From positions 86,862,001 to 86,926,000 of the forward strand of contig OZ024740.1 of assembly GCA_964016885.1 (NCBI GenBank): 64,000 nucleotides of DNA. The letters are read 5' to 3'. Made by a program: the position numbers and the translations under genes. The DNA is from Eledone cirrhosa. Its lineage: Eukaryota. Positions 27,701 through 40,637 of the stretch are shown piece after piece. How positions within the stretch are numbered: position 1 is the first letter of the stretch; every line of letters starts with the position of its first letter. The notes under the pieces are model-generated. The model made no database searches and was not told where the DNA came from. It was given only the letters and a program-made list of their open reading frames with translations.

Positions 27701-28689
27701 TTCTCACAGTCACCAAAATCCCAGTCTTTGATGATTTCATATGGTAACCAAAAATACTTAAAATATGATTAGTTGGTTAATTTTGATTCTTTACAAAGTG
27801 ACAGAAAGTATATATCTTGTGATATATAATCTGGCCCCTGCATTCTTGGTTCAAATTTTTCTGCACTTAACTTTGATTGTCATCCTACCAAAGTCGATAA
27901 ATAAAGTACCATTTCAGGGCAGGGGACTAATGGAGTTGTTAAGAGGCCAGATGGGCTGATTTGTGGTATATAATCTTGCATTGTACATTCCGACTTTAAA
28001 TCCCATAGTGGCCAGCTTGTTTGGCTGACTTAATTGGTTGCCCAGTTTAACACCAAAACTCCAAGTTGACAGCATTCAGACCCACTCTCCAGTTTCAGAA
28101 TACCTTTTACCCTCAGTCACTCCCACCAGTTTCTGTGGTACCTAAAAAGTGGCACAGGCACTGACCTTACTTCTGATTAAGTGATATGAAAACTGTCCCA
28201 CATTAGAGTGTTTCAAACATATTTGAGATGGTTCTGCTGCATTACACACACATACCTTTAACTGCATACAAAAGGCCATTCTGTTGATTTGAAAAGACTC
28301 ACTCACCAATACAAGTACTGGTTGACAGATCGACTATATTTCTGTGTCACACTATATAACACCTTTAGCTGACCCAAACAGTGTATCCATTAATCCTCTT
28401 ATCCTCCTTATTGGATCACACCCTCTCTTCCTAACTCATCACTAAACATTGTACCTAGTCCTCCCTCCCCAGAGCAGCATCCCTCTGTAATCACTTGCTT
28501 GTTCATTTCTTCCCTATTGGTATTGAACTACAAGCATTTAAATTCAACATTAATCAAATTGATTTCAATAGTTAGGCTTGGACGACATACAAAGGCCATG
28601 AACACAGCTCTTCCACTTGCAATCAATTAGGGGAATAAAACTTACGGCAAATGTGGATGTGGTGTTAGGGAGGATCTTCACAATGATGT

Positions 28690-29075
28690 TGATAATGATG
28701 ACGGTAGCGATGGTGGTAGTGGTGGTAGTGGAGATGGTGATAATGATGATCATGGTGGTGGTGGTGGTGGTAGTAGTGTAGTGGAGATGGTGACTGTCAT
28801 GGTGATAATGATGATCATGGTGGTGGTGGTGGTGGTGGTAGAGGTGTAGTGGAGATGGTGACTGTCATGGGGATAATGATGATGATGTTGGTGGTGGTGG
28901 TGGTGTAGTGGAGATGGTGACTGTCATGAGGATAATGATGAAGGTAGTGGTGGTGGTGGTGGTAGTGGTGTAGTGAAAATGGTGACTGTCATGGTGACAA
29001 TGATAGTGGTGGTGGTGGTGGTGTTAGTGGTGGTGTAGTGGAGATGGTGATTGTCATGGTTACAATGATAGTGGC
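28690..29075. repeat. ~55-60 bp tandem repeat of (GGT)n-GTAGTGGAGATGGTGACTGTCATGGTGATAATGAT
   Basis: About 6 visible copies. Confidence 0.85.
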
Positions 29076-29129
29076 ATTGAATTGGTTGTGCTCTTTTTAC
29101 ACCTTCCTGTTGCTAACCATTGAATTGTG

Positions 29130-30312
29130 AAATAGGGATTGTAAGTGAATTGCAAGCCATGTACAGAGGAGGTGTAAGGTGAGAATAGGAAGTGAGTTTA
29201 GTGAGGAATTCAAGGTACAGGTAGGAGTGCATCAGGGTTCAGGTCATAGCCACTCTTGTTTATCCTAGTCCTCCAGGACTGGTTTCCCATGGGAACTTTT
29301 GTATCCAGATGATCTGGTTCTCATAGCTAAATTTGTAGAGGAACTACAGAATAAATTTTGGCTGTGGAAACAGAACTTAGAATCAAAAGGGCTTGGAGTA
29401 AATTTAACAAAAGTCAAAATGTTTATAAATAGGAAAGAAGATAAGGCACCAATTCCACCAGGGAAGTGGCTCTGCTTAGTATGTAGAAAAAGGAATAGTC
29501 ATAAACTCTATATGGTGTACCCAATGCAAATCTTGGGTACACAAGAAGGTGTAGGGGGATAACAGGCAGACTAACAAGAAAGGAAGATTTTGTATGTAAT
29601 AGATGCACAGGGTCAATAATTGTTTCTACTTTTGGCACAAGGCCAGCAATATATAAACCTTTTTCAATCTCAAAAAGAATCCATAGAAGTGGTTGATAGT
29701 TTCTGCTGCCTAGGTGATATAATTAGCAGTGGATGAGAGTGTTCGGAGAGCATAGTAGCTAGAAGAAGGACAGGCTGGAAGAAGTTTAGGAAACTGCTAC
29801 ACTTGCTAATGACAAAAGGTTTCTCCCTGCAAACAAAGGGTCAACTGTATGATGCCTGAGTGTGAAGTCCCATGCTGCATGGCAGTCAAACATGGTAAGT
29901 CAATACAGAGGACATGTAGAGGCTGGAGAGAAATGAGACAAGCATGCTTTGATGGATGTGCAATGTTAATGTGCAAGAATGACAACGCATGGATGAACTG
30001 AGGAAGAAATTGTGTAAAAGAGGACTCAGAAGTAGTGTGCAGGTGAGGAGACTGCATTGGTATGGTCATGTGATGTGCATGGATGATGATCACTGGGTGA
30101 AGAAGTGCCAAATAATCCCAGTGGAAGGAAGTGACAGTAGAGGAAGAATGAGGAACACCTGGATGAAAGTCGTGAGAGCTGATCACAGATCTCTATAGGT
30201 CAGGAGAAGACGAGGAAGGAATGTGACAAGTTGACAAATGCTGTACTAAGAAGAACTCGTCCAACCCATGCACAGGTAAAACAATTGATATAAAATGGTG
30301 ATGCTGATGATT
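29130..30312 (+). mobile_element. RTE LINE, RT C-terminal half to 3' tail, degenerate
   Basis: VGVHQGS, LYPDDLVL, WLCLVCRK..WVHKKC, RLHWYGHVMCM..GRMRNTW, and tail ccaacccatgc..(ATG)n-like. Confidence 0.85.
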
Positions 30313-30717
30313 AAGCAGAACCTATATTATATAAGTGCTTTGTTCAGTAGAATAACATAACTGTAATAGTAAGATTTTAACTACAGTCCAGCTCCATCAC
30401 CACCATTTTATTGTTGTCCAGCTTTGAGTGTCTTATATGTTTATTCTGAAATATAACTGAAAGAAATATTCTTTTAAATAACTTAGAGAAGGTGGAACAA
30501 GTCCAATGACTTTTCTGTGTTTCCTTTCCTTGTGGCTATTATCATGAATGAGACATAATATCTGCCTGGACATATCTCTGCCAGAAACATATGACACAAG
30601 TCATATCTGGCTGCCTGCTTTGAATACATAGAACAAAGTGGGCATTTCATCAAAGTTAACTGGTCTTATGCTGAGGCTCTTCACCAAACTTTGTGGCTCA
30701 AATGTATTTGAAGAGCA

Positions 30718-30756
<39 letters not shown>

Positions 30757-30799
30757 TTCCTGAGAGAGTCGTAGAGGCTAAGTCTTCAGATATGCCTCC

Positions 30800-31640
30800 C
30801 AGAAGTTCCTATCAGAAAGAAATGTCTTCAAATGATCTAGCTGGATCCCTAAATGAGATCAGCTGAGCTTATGGATGTTACCAAGCCATCTTGCTAGTAG
30901 CCTACCTCTGGGTCAACTGTCAGACTCTTCCAAGGTTACATATTGTGACCTCTCCTGTTCACGATCAACATAAACACAATTGACATGTGCAACTGCGTTG
31001 GAAATGGTATAAATACTGGAACGTATAGGATTAGTCAGCTGATATTTTCTGATGGCATGATGCTACATCACTCACCAGAAGGTGATCTCTGATGTTTGCT
31101 GCCAAGTGCTGCATGGCAGGAATAAAAGTCAGTGCTGCAAAGACTTAGATATTTGTCCTCTTGAGAAACCCTGCACAACACACTCTACACGTGGGTGAAG
31201 TTACACTGAAGGAGGTGCAGAAGTTCAAGTATCTAGAGTACATTTTCATGAGTGAGGGCGGGCAGAAGGCTAAGTTAAATACAAGAATTGTTGGAGTTGG
31301 TGCAATAATGTGCCAGCTTCTACTCTAAGTCATCAGAAAAAGGGTGGTAAGTGTAAAAGCCAAACTTACTTTCAATCAGGTGTTTGTGCCTAATCTTACT
31401 GATGGTCATGAATCTTGGATAATACTGAAAATATATGATCATGAATGCAAGTGACCTAAATGGAGTTCCTCGGAAAGGTCTTTTGACCAAAGGTACTTGA
31501 TAGGGTGTGTAACTTGGGAAATCAGGGTGTTGCTTCAGGTAGAGCCACTATTTCTCCACATTGAGAGACCACTTTTCTGGTATTACAGACATCTGATGAG
31601 AATGTCTAAGGAAAGAATTGCTGGATAGATTTTTTATAGG
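30800..31640 (+). mobile_element. Second RTE-family RT fragment, degenerate
   Basis: EVQKFKYL, LTDGHESWI and LQVEPLFLHIER..HLMRMSKERI remnants. Confidence 0.6.
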
Positions 31641-32639
31641 TTGGTATCCTAATTTGAAACAATTTTAAGGTAAAATTTCAGAATATCACCATAAACTTTG
31701 TCTAAATCTAAGGATACACTATTGGAAAGTAGGGAGAGGGAGCAGTGCTTTCCTTGATATTGATGGTGAGGATATTTATGAATTGCTGTCTTCTTATTCC
31801 TTCTACATGCCATCTTCATTGCAGAACTCACTGTTGCAACTTTCACAATTTTTCTTGGTATTTTGCAGATTGTTTCTTTTTTAACTGGAGTAAACCAAAT
31901 GACAAACCTACATATATGACCTTATAAGCATTCTATAAACTTAATCAAAGCCATCTCACAAAAGTACATTTAATATATATTCGAAATTCCAACAGATTTT
32001 TCTGTCTATTCTTCATTATGGCCCCTCTGTTCCCATTTCTTTATAACTTACTAAATTTGTTTCTAAACAATACATTTTGTGCTTCTAGGGTTATTGATAA
32101 CACCAATACATTGTTGTCTGTTAATATAAATCATTCCAATACAATATTTTTTATTCACATAGCAGATGATGATCTGTTTATCAATCAATTGTTTGGCCTG
32201 GAATTGCTGCCTCCATACTCTGCCCTTTCTACTGGAGGGCTGATGAGGAGAAGGAAGTGGAAGATGGCAGTAATGGAAATGTTGGTGGTTGTGGTAGTAA
32301 TATTGATGGTGAGGATACTTATTAATTGCTGTCTTCTTATTTCTTCTACAATAGCCTCTGCTCCTTGGAAGTGGCTGACTTCATGCCACTTCCAATTCAC
32401 TCATCTTTCATAAGCTTCTATATTCAATGTCCATGCTTTCTGCAGGAAACATATGGCTAAGCTCATAACTGACCACTTTGAATACATACAACAGAGTGGC
32501 ATTTCCTCAGAGCTGGCTGGTTTCATACTCAGGACCTTTGCCAGGCTTTGTTGCTCAAGTGTTTTCAGAATATTATTGTAGGGCAGTGTACTTCATATAG
32601 AGGCATCTAAAAAAATTTACCTTTCACTCATTGACAGAA

Positions 32640-33035
32640 TCTCTTTGTTTCCAGCAGAGGTACTTACTTCCCAAGCATGTTCTATAGCATTCTTACTCTG
32701 TCTACTATGATTTCAGAATAATCACCTCCACAGCTAATTAGGTAATCTAGGTAGCAGAAGCCATTAAGATCTGGGTATTTAAAATAATTTACTGCTAATC
32801 TTATGCATCTGCTACATAAAATGTCCTTCTCTGTCAGATTGCCTGTGATCCCACTACATCTCTTGTGCACCCATAATTGTCACTAGGGACACTGTTTTGC
32901 ATACTTACCTACTCGTTTTCTGCATATGAAGCATGACCATTTCCCTGATAGCAGGAAAATCATGTCTTCTTTCCTGCTAACTAAAACATTTATCCTTGCT
33001 AGATTTTCTTTAAGACCTCTCTATTCTAGGTTTTT
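32640..33035 (-). mobile_element. RTE LINE fragment
   Basis: WSCFICRK..WVHKRCSGITGNL..CYLDYLISCGG, the same region as in the 29130-30312 copy. Confidence 0.7.
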
Positions 33036-33641
33036 CTTTATGTATGTAAATATATTTCTATTTCTTCTTTTCTTTTTTTTTTGTAATTTATTTCAGTTTC
33101 CATATACCTTATCCAGTATAAGGCATCGTGAACAAGCTGCTAAAATTACAACATTAAAGAAACAAAGAGCTTCAATAGTTTGTGATATATCAAAGTAGAT
33201 ATTCAAAGATAAGCAATCAAATAACCAACCAAACATGATATAAACATTAACACCGAATTATTTGATGGTTGGATATGCTTGATGGTGAGAATGGTGGTGG
33301 TGGTAGTGGTGGTTGTTTTAGTCGATTAAATCAAATGATTCTACCAATCATTCATCCTTAATAATGGTAATAATACACCAAAATGATTTTCATTTCAGAC
33401 AGCTAAAAATTCTTATGAATGAAGGAAAATCATTTTAAAATAGGGTCACTTGTTGACAATGGTAATTTATTAATGCTGATAATGTCTTTATAAGCATTTA
33501 AAGAATCAGAAGCTATTTGGCATAAACAAGAGTTAGTTTGTTTTTTATTCTTTTTATTAGCAAATTATTGGAATAATCTGCTCCTTATGAGTTCTGAAAA
33601 ATAGAGACCCGAAAGGAATTTGATATTAAATAATTCAATAA

Positions 33642-33904
33642 TCTATATATATAAAAACGAAATTGTCTGTCTGTCTGTCTGCAGTCAATGCATTTCCAGT
33701 TTCCATTCAATTTTGTTCAAATTTGATTCATAAGTTATTTAGATTCCAGTGTATGTCAACATATAGTTTAACACTTTCTCCGCCCTAAAATAGCAGAATT
33801 CTGGGGTTATTTAAAGACAATCAGTCATATTGAAGAGAAAGGACGGGGGGTCTTTATTTACAGTGGCGAGAGGTGTGCCTGGCAATGGCGGGCTCTTTTG
33901 CTGG
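33642..33904 (+). mobile_element. Non-autonomous Helitron-like element
   Basis: A|TCTATATATATAAAA 5' end, (CTGT)n tract, GC-rich subterminal hairpin gcctggc..ggcgggc, and CTGG|T 3' end. Confidence 0.65.
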
Positions 33905-34336
33905 TACATAATAAATAAAGAAATCTGACTGTAAAGTGGTCATGTAGGAGTCATGACAAAAAGCACCCATTACACACTGCAAAGTTGTCATGTAGGATTC
34001 ATGACAAAAAGCGCCCATTACACACTGTAAATGTGGTTAGTGTTAGGAATGGCATCCAGCTGTAGAAACCAAGCCAGAAACAGTTCTGTATGAGCAAGAC
34101 ACAGTCACCTGACCTAACTTGCTTCAAATGGGACAACCTGTCTAACCCATGCTAGTGTAGAAAATGGACATTAAACGATCATCATCATCATCATTTATGT
34201 GACAAGGGGGCCCTATTAAAAACTTTCTATATGTCAACAAATGTCAAGTAGAGGAGCTTTCTTTTAGCTAGGTACCTCTCTTGCATTTGCCTCACAGGGA
34301 AGAAGGCATGCATAGTACTTTTACCTGGCACGATTC

Positions 34337-34423
<87 letters not shown>

Positions 34424-34449
34424 CAGGTAAAAATATTATATATATATAT

Positions 34450-34760
34450 ATAATTTATTAGAATTGGTGTTCTGAAATAGCGATATATATATGAATGTAT
34501 ATATAGTGTATTTTGCAATACACTGTATGCTTAATTAAACATTTTGAAGACCTTACGCTATTGTTTTAAAGTAATGACTATGTCACTTCTTTTTTCAGCA
34601 AACAAAGGGAGATAAGCTGACAGATCTCTGTTTCGTACTGTTGGTACTCCTCAGAGCTTACCACTCCCTTTGCTTGCTGAAAATTATGAATGTTAGATTC
34701 TTATAGAATTCCAGTAATAATCAGGAACTGATTATACAGAGCGGTTGCTGGTCCAGCAAT
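34450..34760 (-). mobile_element. Retrozyme-like non-coding element (copy 1)
   Basis: ~310-nt element containing an HHR. It is homologous to, and circularly permuted relative to, 40195-40546, and it abuts (TA)n. Confidence 0.8.
34592..34683 (-). ncRNA. Canonical type I hammerhead ribozyme
   Basis: Minus strand: caaagggag-tgg-taagct-CTGAGGA-gtac-caaca-gtac-GAAA-cag-agat-ctg-TC-agctta-t-ctccctttg. GUC cleavage is predicted between 34619 and 34618. Stem I is extended by ttcagcaa/ttgctgaa. Confidence 0.92.
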
Positions 34761-34761
34761 G

Positions 34762-34975
34762 AGTATCTCAGCCTTCAATGACTGGTAAGTAGTGTCAGTC
34801 GGTGTCTCCAATACGAGATCCTTAATAATTGGGAGAAGTGCCGGAGGAATGGTACTAAGGACGAGGGAACGTTGCTGTGCACGACGACGTTGTTAGCCTC
34901 GAAAAATGCTTCCATTTGAGCGAACCATAACTTCACATTGCCTGTGTAAGTAGGGAGAATAGAATGAGATGCCAT
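34762..34975 (-). pseudogene. Ty3/Gypsy gag N-terminal fragment (frameshifted)
   Basis: LPTYTGNVKLWFAQMEAFF..; in the shifted frame IKDLVLETPTDTTYQSLKAEIL, typical of Gypsy gag N-termini. Confidence 0.7.
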
Positions 34976-35097
34976 TGGTGTAATCTCTGTAAGAGGCCAA
35001 AATGCGTCTCCGTCAAAACAAATCCCTCAAACAAGAGGGGAAAAAAAAAAATCCGCTTGTTTTTCTCCAGAAGTCATGAGTTACGTCCCTTGGGGAC

Positions 35098-35436
35098 TGT
35101 AGTGACCCCTAGTGTCAACAACAGAAGTAAATGGAGTTACGTCCCCATGGGGACTATATATAGAGACAGCCAAAGCGCTCTATCTCTCTTTTCCAATCGC
35201 AGCAGCCCTGGAGAACGGAGGCGACTTCGCCCAGAACACGTGGGATGCAAATACCAGCCTACTCCAGTGAACATGTTAAGAGCAACTCTTTTTACTACCA
35301 ACAGCCTCATGAATCAGCTACACCATTACATCGTTCAACCTTCACAACTTGTGGTAATATGTTTATCATTCTATTTTGACTTCAATGAAGTAAACCTTTG
35401 TATATAAACCAAAAAGCCATTCTTGTTATTCCTACA
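35098..35436. mobile_element. Putative LTR
   Basis: TGTAG...CTACA termini, TATA-like tatatatag at ~35156 and AGTAAA near the right end; adjacent to the gag fragment. Confidence 0.55.
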
Positions 35437-35493
35437 ACTATTATCTATACTAATACCATTCTTCTAAAATATTACTGACCCCACCAGTTACCA

Positions 35494-35688
35494 ACCATAT
35501 ATACTCGAATTTAAGTCAACCCCACTATTTTATGTCTGAGAAATGGGCAAAAATTCAAACCTTATTTATGTAGAATTTGAAGTTGGTGAAAATTGTCAAA
35601 ATATTGACCCCAAATATAAGCTGACCCCTTTCTATGATCGATTTTTTTTGTCACATATTCTTTGGCTTATATTCGAGTATATATTGTA
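35494..35688. mobile_element. MITE (Tc1/mariner-pogo type) with ~23-bp TIRs
   Basis: ccatatatactcgaatttaagtc ... ggcttatattcgagtatatattg. Confidence 0.7.
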
Positions 35689-38600
35689 CTTCTCAGCCGT
35701 AGCCATATAAACGTCTCCACTGATACTTCTACATTGTTTTAATGATTCTCTTCCAGTTTGTTCTCATAATGTCCAGAGTTCATAGTGGAGCAGGAGTTGA
35801 CAGTTATTCAGAGAAATATTTATTTACACCTCTTACCTACAATTTATGCATGTGTGAGAATTCAGTACACTTGGTAAGGTGTTTGGCATTAGGAAGGACA
35901 TCCAGTAATAGAAACCTTGCTAAATATGAAATATATTACCATGAGGTTGATCCAACAAGTCTGGACTCAAATTGTGACAACCCATATCTACATGGAAAGT
36001 GGGCATAAATTGATGATGATGATGACTGTCATATTCAGTAATGTTCTTGGAATTTGAAACTGAAGCTTTATTCAAACCATGGCAATAGATTGCACTCTAT
36101 ATTCAAAATATCCTTGTAACAGTTGTGATGTCACTTGCTCATTCTGGAATTGAACTTATGCCTATCAGGTAAACCACCACACTAAATGCATAATTAAAGC
36201 ATATATTGACCATGCTATTGTTAAACATCTCCCAACATTGTTCCCAAGATTTCATCTCATTAGATCTTTGTTCATCTCCTCTCTGATCTTGACAGCACTG
36301 AAAGTGTGATCTTCATATTCCTTATTCAATAAGATTTCATAGTTACACTTCATGACTCTGGCAATTTTAAGAACATTTCACAAACACCACTTTTGATCTT
36401 TTGACATTGACTGAAAATGTTAGTACTTTACTAAAGATGTAAAGAATTAATGGTTAAAAGTTAATATCAAGATAAGAATGAAGTGTTCAGTGATGAAATG
36501 CTTTTTTTTTTTTGTTTTTGTTTTCTTTTTAGTTTAGGGTGCATGCAGAGCTGAAGAGTTCATATTATCCCACCAAGGTTAACTTTGCCTTTCATCCTTA
36601 CAGGGTCGATAAAATAAGATAACAGCAATGCTCTGAGATAATTGCTGGCCTTGTGCCAAAAGTAGAAACAATTATAATCATTAGGGCCCTAGTTTTGATC
36701 CTAATGCATGGCAGCTTGGGGATGCATTTTTTATTATAACCTCATATTGACCCAAACCCAGAGAGTGAAATTGAATAGATAAAAACTCTGTTGAAGCCCA
36801 TCTAACAGACTGCACCTTTTATTTAAGAAGACCAGCCATGTCACATATTGTACCATGCTGATTCAGGCTGAGCAATATGTTAACAATATATGACTGTGCA
36901 ATACGCATTAATTTAACAAGTTGAACATTCACTTGATCAAACAACTGAATGCTCAATGTTGAAAGTGATAGAGGATCCATCATTATTGAGTTTTTTTGGA
37001 AATGAGAAATGCTCTCACAGCATTCAAAGAAATGCAAAACTGATGGTAGCTGATGTCAAACATATTTTGATGTTGAAACATGTGCAGGAAATATAAATCA
37101 TTAGACCAACTCCTTAAACAAGACAATGATGTTCAACCTGCTAGAATAAGTAGCTAAACCTTTAATTTGAGATAATTTTTACTTTAAGATTTTAAGGGGG
37201 GCGGGCTTAAAGGTAAAAATACTTTTGATTATCATATTATATTATCAAATAAATAATAATTTATCTATTATGCAATCTTTAGATTTTTTTTTTTTATATC
37301 CACCAGCAAAAACTTAATTTTGAGCTACTTTTTAATATGATACATTATGTTTTATTAAATCGATGTGGCAACCCTGGTCCCCAGATTTTATGGCTGCCAA
37401 AAATACCTAGAATGTCTGTGTACTTCTCAATTGTGTGCCTATGTTAACTAAAGGTTTCTTCCAAAATAACCTTCAACAACTGACTCAATATATATTCCAA
37501 CAAAATATGAAGGGTTCCTGAATATCTTTAATAAATCTTGATTTCTAAAATCAACTGGAAAATAATATTCTGTTGGAATCTATCAAAGATATAAGAACTA
37601 ATTTGAAAACAAAATCATTTTACATGGAATCGTTAAAGCATCATAAAAAATACCTTGTTGTATATGATCCTTCCAGGATCAATAATATAAAATACCAGTC
37701 AAGTATTAGGTTCAATATCAATTGTCCACTTTCCTGCAAAGATTCTAATCCTTCAACATGTACTCTATAATGTCCAGTATCCTGACATCAGCTCTCACAA
37801 ATTCTGTCTGTCTTCTTCTTTGCACCATTTGACACTTGTTTCATCCCAGCTGTTATCGTTCATACACATCACATGTCTATAACAGCGTGGGCACATTCCT
37901 TTCGTCATAGGAATTTGGAAGGGTCATCAGTACAGAGGATAACATATCTTGCAGCAGTAGTTTTGGCTCTCTGTGTTTTGATTTAAAATCCTACCAAGAT
38001 TAACTTCACCTTTCCAAAATTTATAAAAGAAAGTACTTGCCAATTATAGGAGTCTATATTGACTGTTTTTCTCCCTAAAACATTTCTAGCCTTTTGCTTA
38101 TGATATAAACAATTGTTTAGAAGAAAGTTCTAAATGATGCCCACGAAATCACTCTATTTTAACAGTAATTGAAAAACTTTCAGACAAAACTTTCTTTTCT
38201 CTAAAAGGAGAAATATACTGAACATTTTACAGAAAGATCTCACCAGAAACATGGTGTAATATTTATATAAGAAACAATAACTCTACATGAAAAGTCAGAG
38301 TAGTGGAAAGAACAAATAAAAGACCTGTAGTAGAATTTTAAGAATGCTTTTTAAATTTGTTTCAAATTATGATGTATTTCTCAATATTTTCAATGTCTAG
38401 ATGGAGAAACCTAATGGTTAAGAAATTAACTTCAGGTTCAATCCCACTGTGTGGAATTTTGACAACGTGCCTTTTACCATAGCTTCAGATTGACCCCAGC
38501 ATTGTGAGTGAAATTGCTCTTAGCTCATAGTCCATAGATGGCCATGGGAAGCACAATGCTGGTGTACAAGCACAGCTTGATGTATGTGAGCCTTCTTGAG

Positions 38601-38734
38601 AATTAGGTTATGTACACATGTCTGTGGAATGCTCAGTCACTTGTACATTCATTTCTCAAGCAGGCTGTTCAGCTGAATGAAAAAAAAGATGTATTCAAAA
38701 ATAAATCCGACCTTTTACGCTATTCTATCTATAT

Positions 38735-38970
38735 GACTGATGTACATGGATAATGATTGCTGGGTGAAGAAGTGCCGGGAAATCCCAGAAAAGGGAAGCT
38801 GCAATAGAGGTAGATTAAGGAAGTCCTCAGCAGAGGTGGAGAGAGCTGACCTCAAATTTCTGAGACTCACAGAGATGACGACGGAGGAATGCAGTAGGTG
38901 GAGAGATTTTGTGCTGAAAAGGACCCATCCAAGTGTGGAAAAACTGATGTAAAAACGATGATGATGATGA
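38735..38970 (+). mobile_element. RTE LINE 3' end
   Basis: MDNDCWVKKCREI..GRLRKS..RWRDFVLKRTHP plus an (ATG)n tail. Confidence 0.8.
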
Positions 38971-40194
38971 CTAGTATGCGCACATGTGTGTGTGTAGTCT
39001 ATTACTAAGTATGGAAAAGTATTGCCTTCAGATATGTGAAATATGTATGCTTTAATAAAAAATGAATACATAAACACATTAAAACTGGCCTTTAGCTTTC
39101 AATGTATTTTCTTCAGTTACTTATAAAAATAACCATCTATAATGCAGCAGATTGTGGCAACATCTGCTAAGTTATTCCCTCAGCTATGGGTTTATAGCTT
39201 AACTTGGAGCCACATTTATAAAATTTGTGGTGTTGAATATAATTTTTTATCTAGCTTTGCCACTTAGAAAAATTTAGAGCTTCCTCCTACATTATAACAT
39301 ACTTTCCTAAATGGAAGGTTTGAGGAAAAGTTTTTAACGAAAATAGCACAGAAAAGGGGTATAAATATAAAAAGCTTCAGGTACAAATATAAATTCACTA
39401 TTATTGGCATTTATTTTAGAAGTCTTTTTTTTATTGTTATATAAAAGTAATTTTTTGTTTAATAGCAATAGTATATATGAATGTCAACCAATGAGAATAA
39501 TACAAAAATAATACAGGTTCATTTTAAATAGCCAAATAGAAGAGATCCTAGTAATTTACTTTAGTAAGCTGATGCAAGTTATTGTCAAATTATTGTAACA
39601 ATGTCTCAGTTAATAATATGACTTTCAACTAGAAAATTAAATATTAAGATACAAAAACCTCAAATGAATTTATTGAAATAGAATCAAATATTATTCGCAC
39701 TTTTCAAAGTTTACTAAATACTTTTTGGATGAGAAATAGATACATTGTTATCCTTGGGCTTAAAAGTATTACTTTCACATTCAATTTATTAGTAATTTAA
39801 GTTTTCCATAATATATACCATTTTTCAGAGAACTTTAAGATGAAATTAAAAGTATAGTTCTAAAAAATGAAGAAAAGATTCTTCTTTTTCCTCGTTGCCT
39901 ACAAAGAGAGAAAAACATATTACCTTCTCCAGCCTATATACTGCAGAAGACTTTGTATATCATAAAATATAATTTTTATTTTATAGCATTTATTAATGTC
40001 TGAGAAACCAAAGAATTTATTCAGATATGCAAACAAACATTTGTGTTGGCAGCTAACAAAACCTGCCTTTACATCCAAAACACAGCTTCTAAGAATACCA
40101 TGTACATAGCACTGATACCAAACCAGTCCTTATTCTAGGATATGTTGTTTCTTTTAAGGTGTGTTTTAGGATATACTCTTTATTTAAGGTATGG

Positions 40195-40545
40195 TTAATT
40201 AAACATACAGTATATTGCCAAATATACTATACATGCATTCATGTAAACATCGCTATTTCAGAGCACCAATCCTAATACCTAATTTTTGCTGGACCAGCAA
40301 TCGCTCTGTATAATCAGCTCCTGGTTATTACTGGAAATCTATAAGAACCCAGCTTCTATAATTTTCGGCAAAGGCAGGGGAGTACGTGGTTCTGATGAAT
40401 GCCAACCAGCGTGAAACAGACTGTCAGCTGCTCTCCCTTCTTTTGCTGAAAAGAAGTGACATAGTCACTACTTTAAAACTGATACCGTATGGTCTTCTAA
40501 ATGTTTTTAATTAAACATACGGTATATTGCCAAATTTACTATACA

Positions 40546-40546
<1 letters not shown>
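40195..40546 (+). mobile_element. Retrozyme-like element (copy 2): 312-nt monomer plus 40-nt terminal redundancy
   Basis: ttaattaaacatac(a/g)gtatattgccaaat(a/t)tactatacat at 40195 and 40507, an internal HHR, and a run into (TACA)n(TA)n. Confidence 0.85.
40362..40452 (+). ncRNA. Type I hammerhead ribozyme
   Basis: gggag-tac-gtggtt-CTGATGA-atgc-caacca-gcgt-GAAA-cag-a-ctg-TC-agctgc-t-ctccc. GUC cleavage is predicted after 40425. Confidence 0.85.

Positions 40547-40633
<87 letters not shown>

Positions 40634-40637
<4 letters not shown>

Noticed and set aside
31757-32350. ~50-bp direct repeat tattgatggtgaggata..cttctaca and small ORFs
   Set aside because: Probably internal to an old repeat; no recognisable domain or structure.
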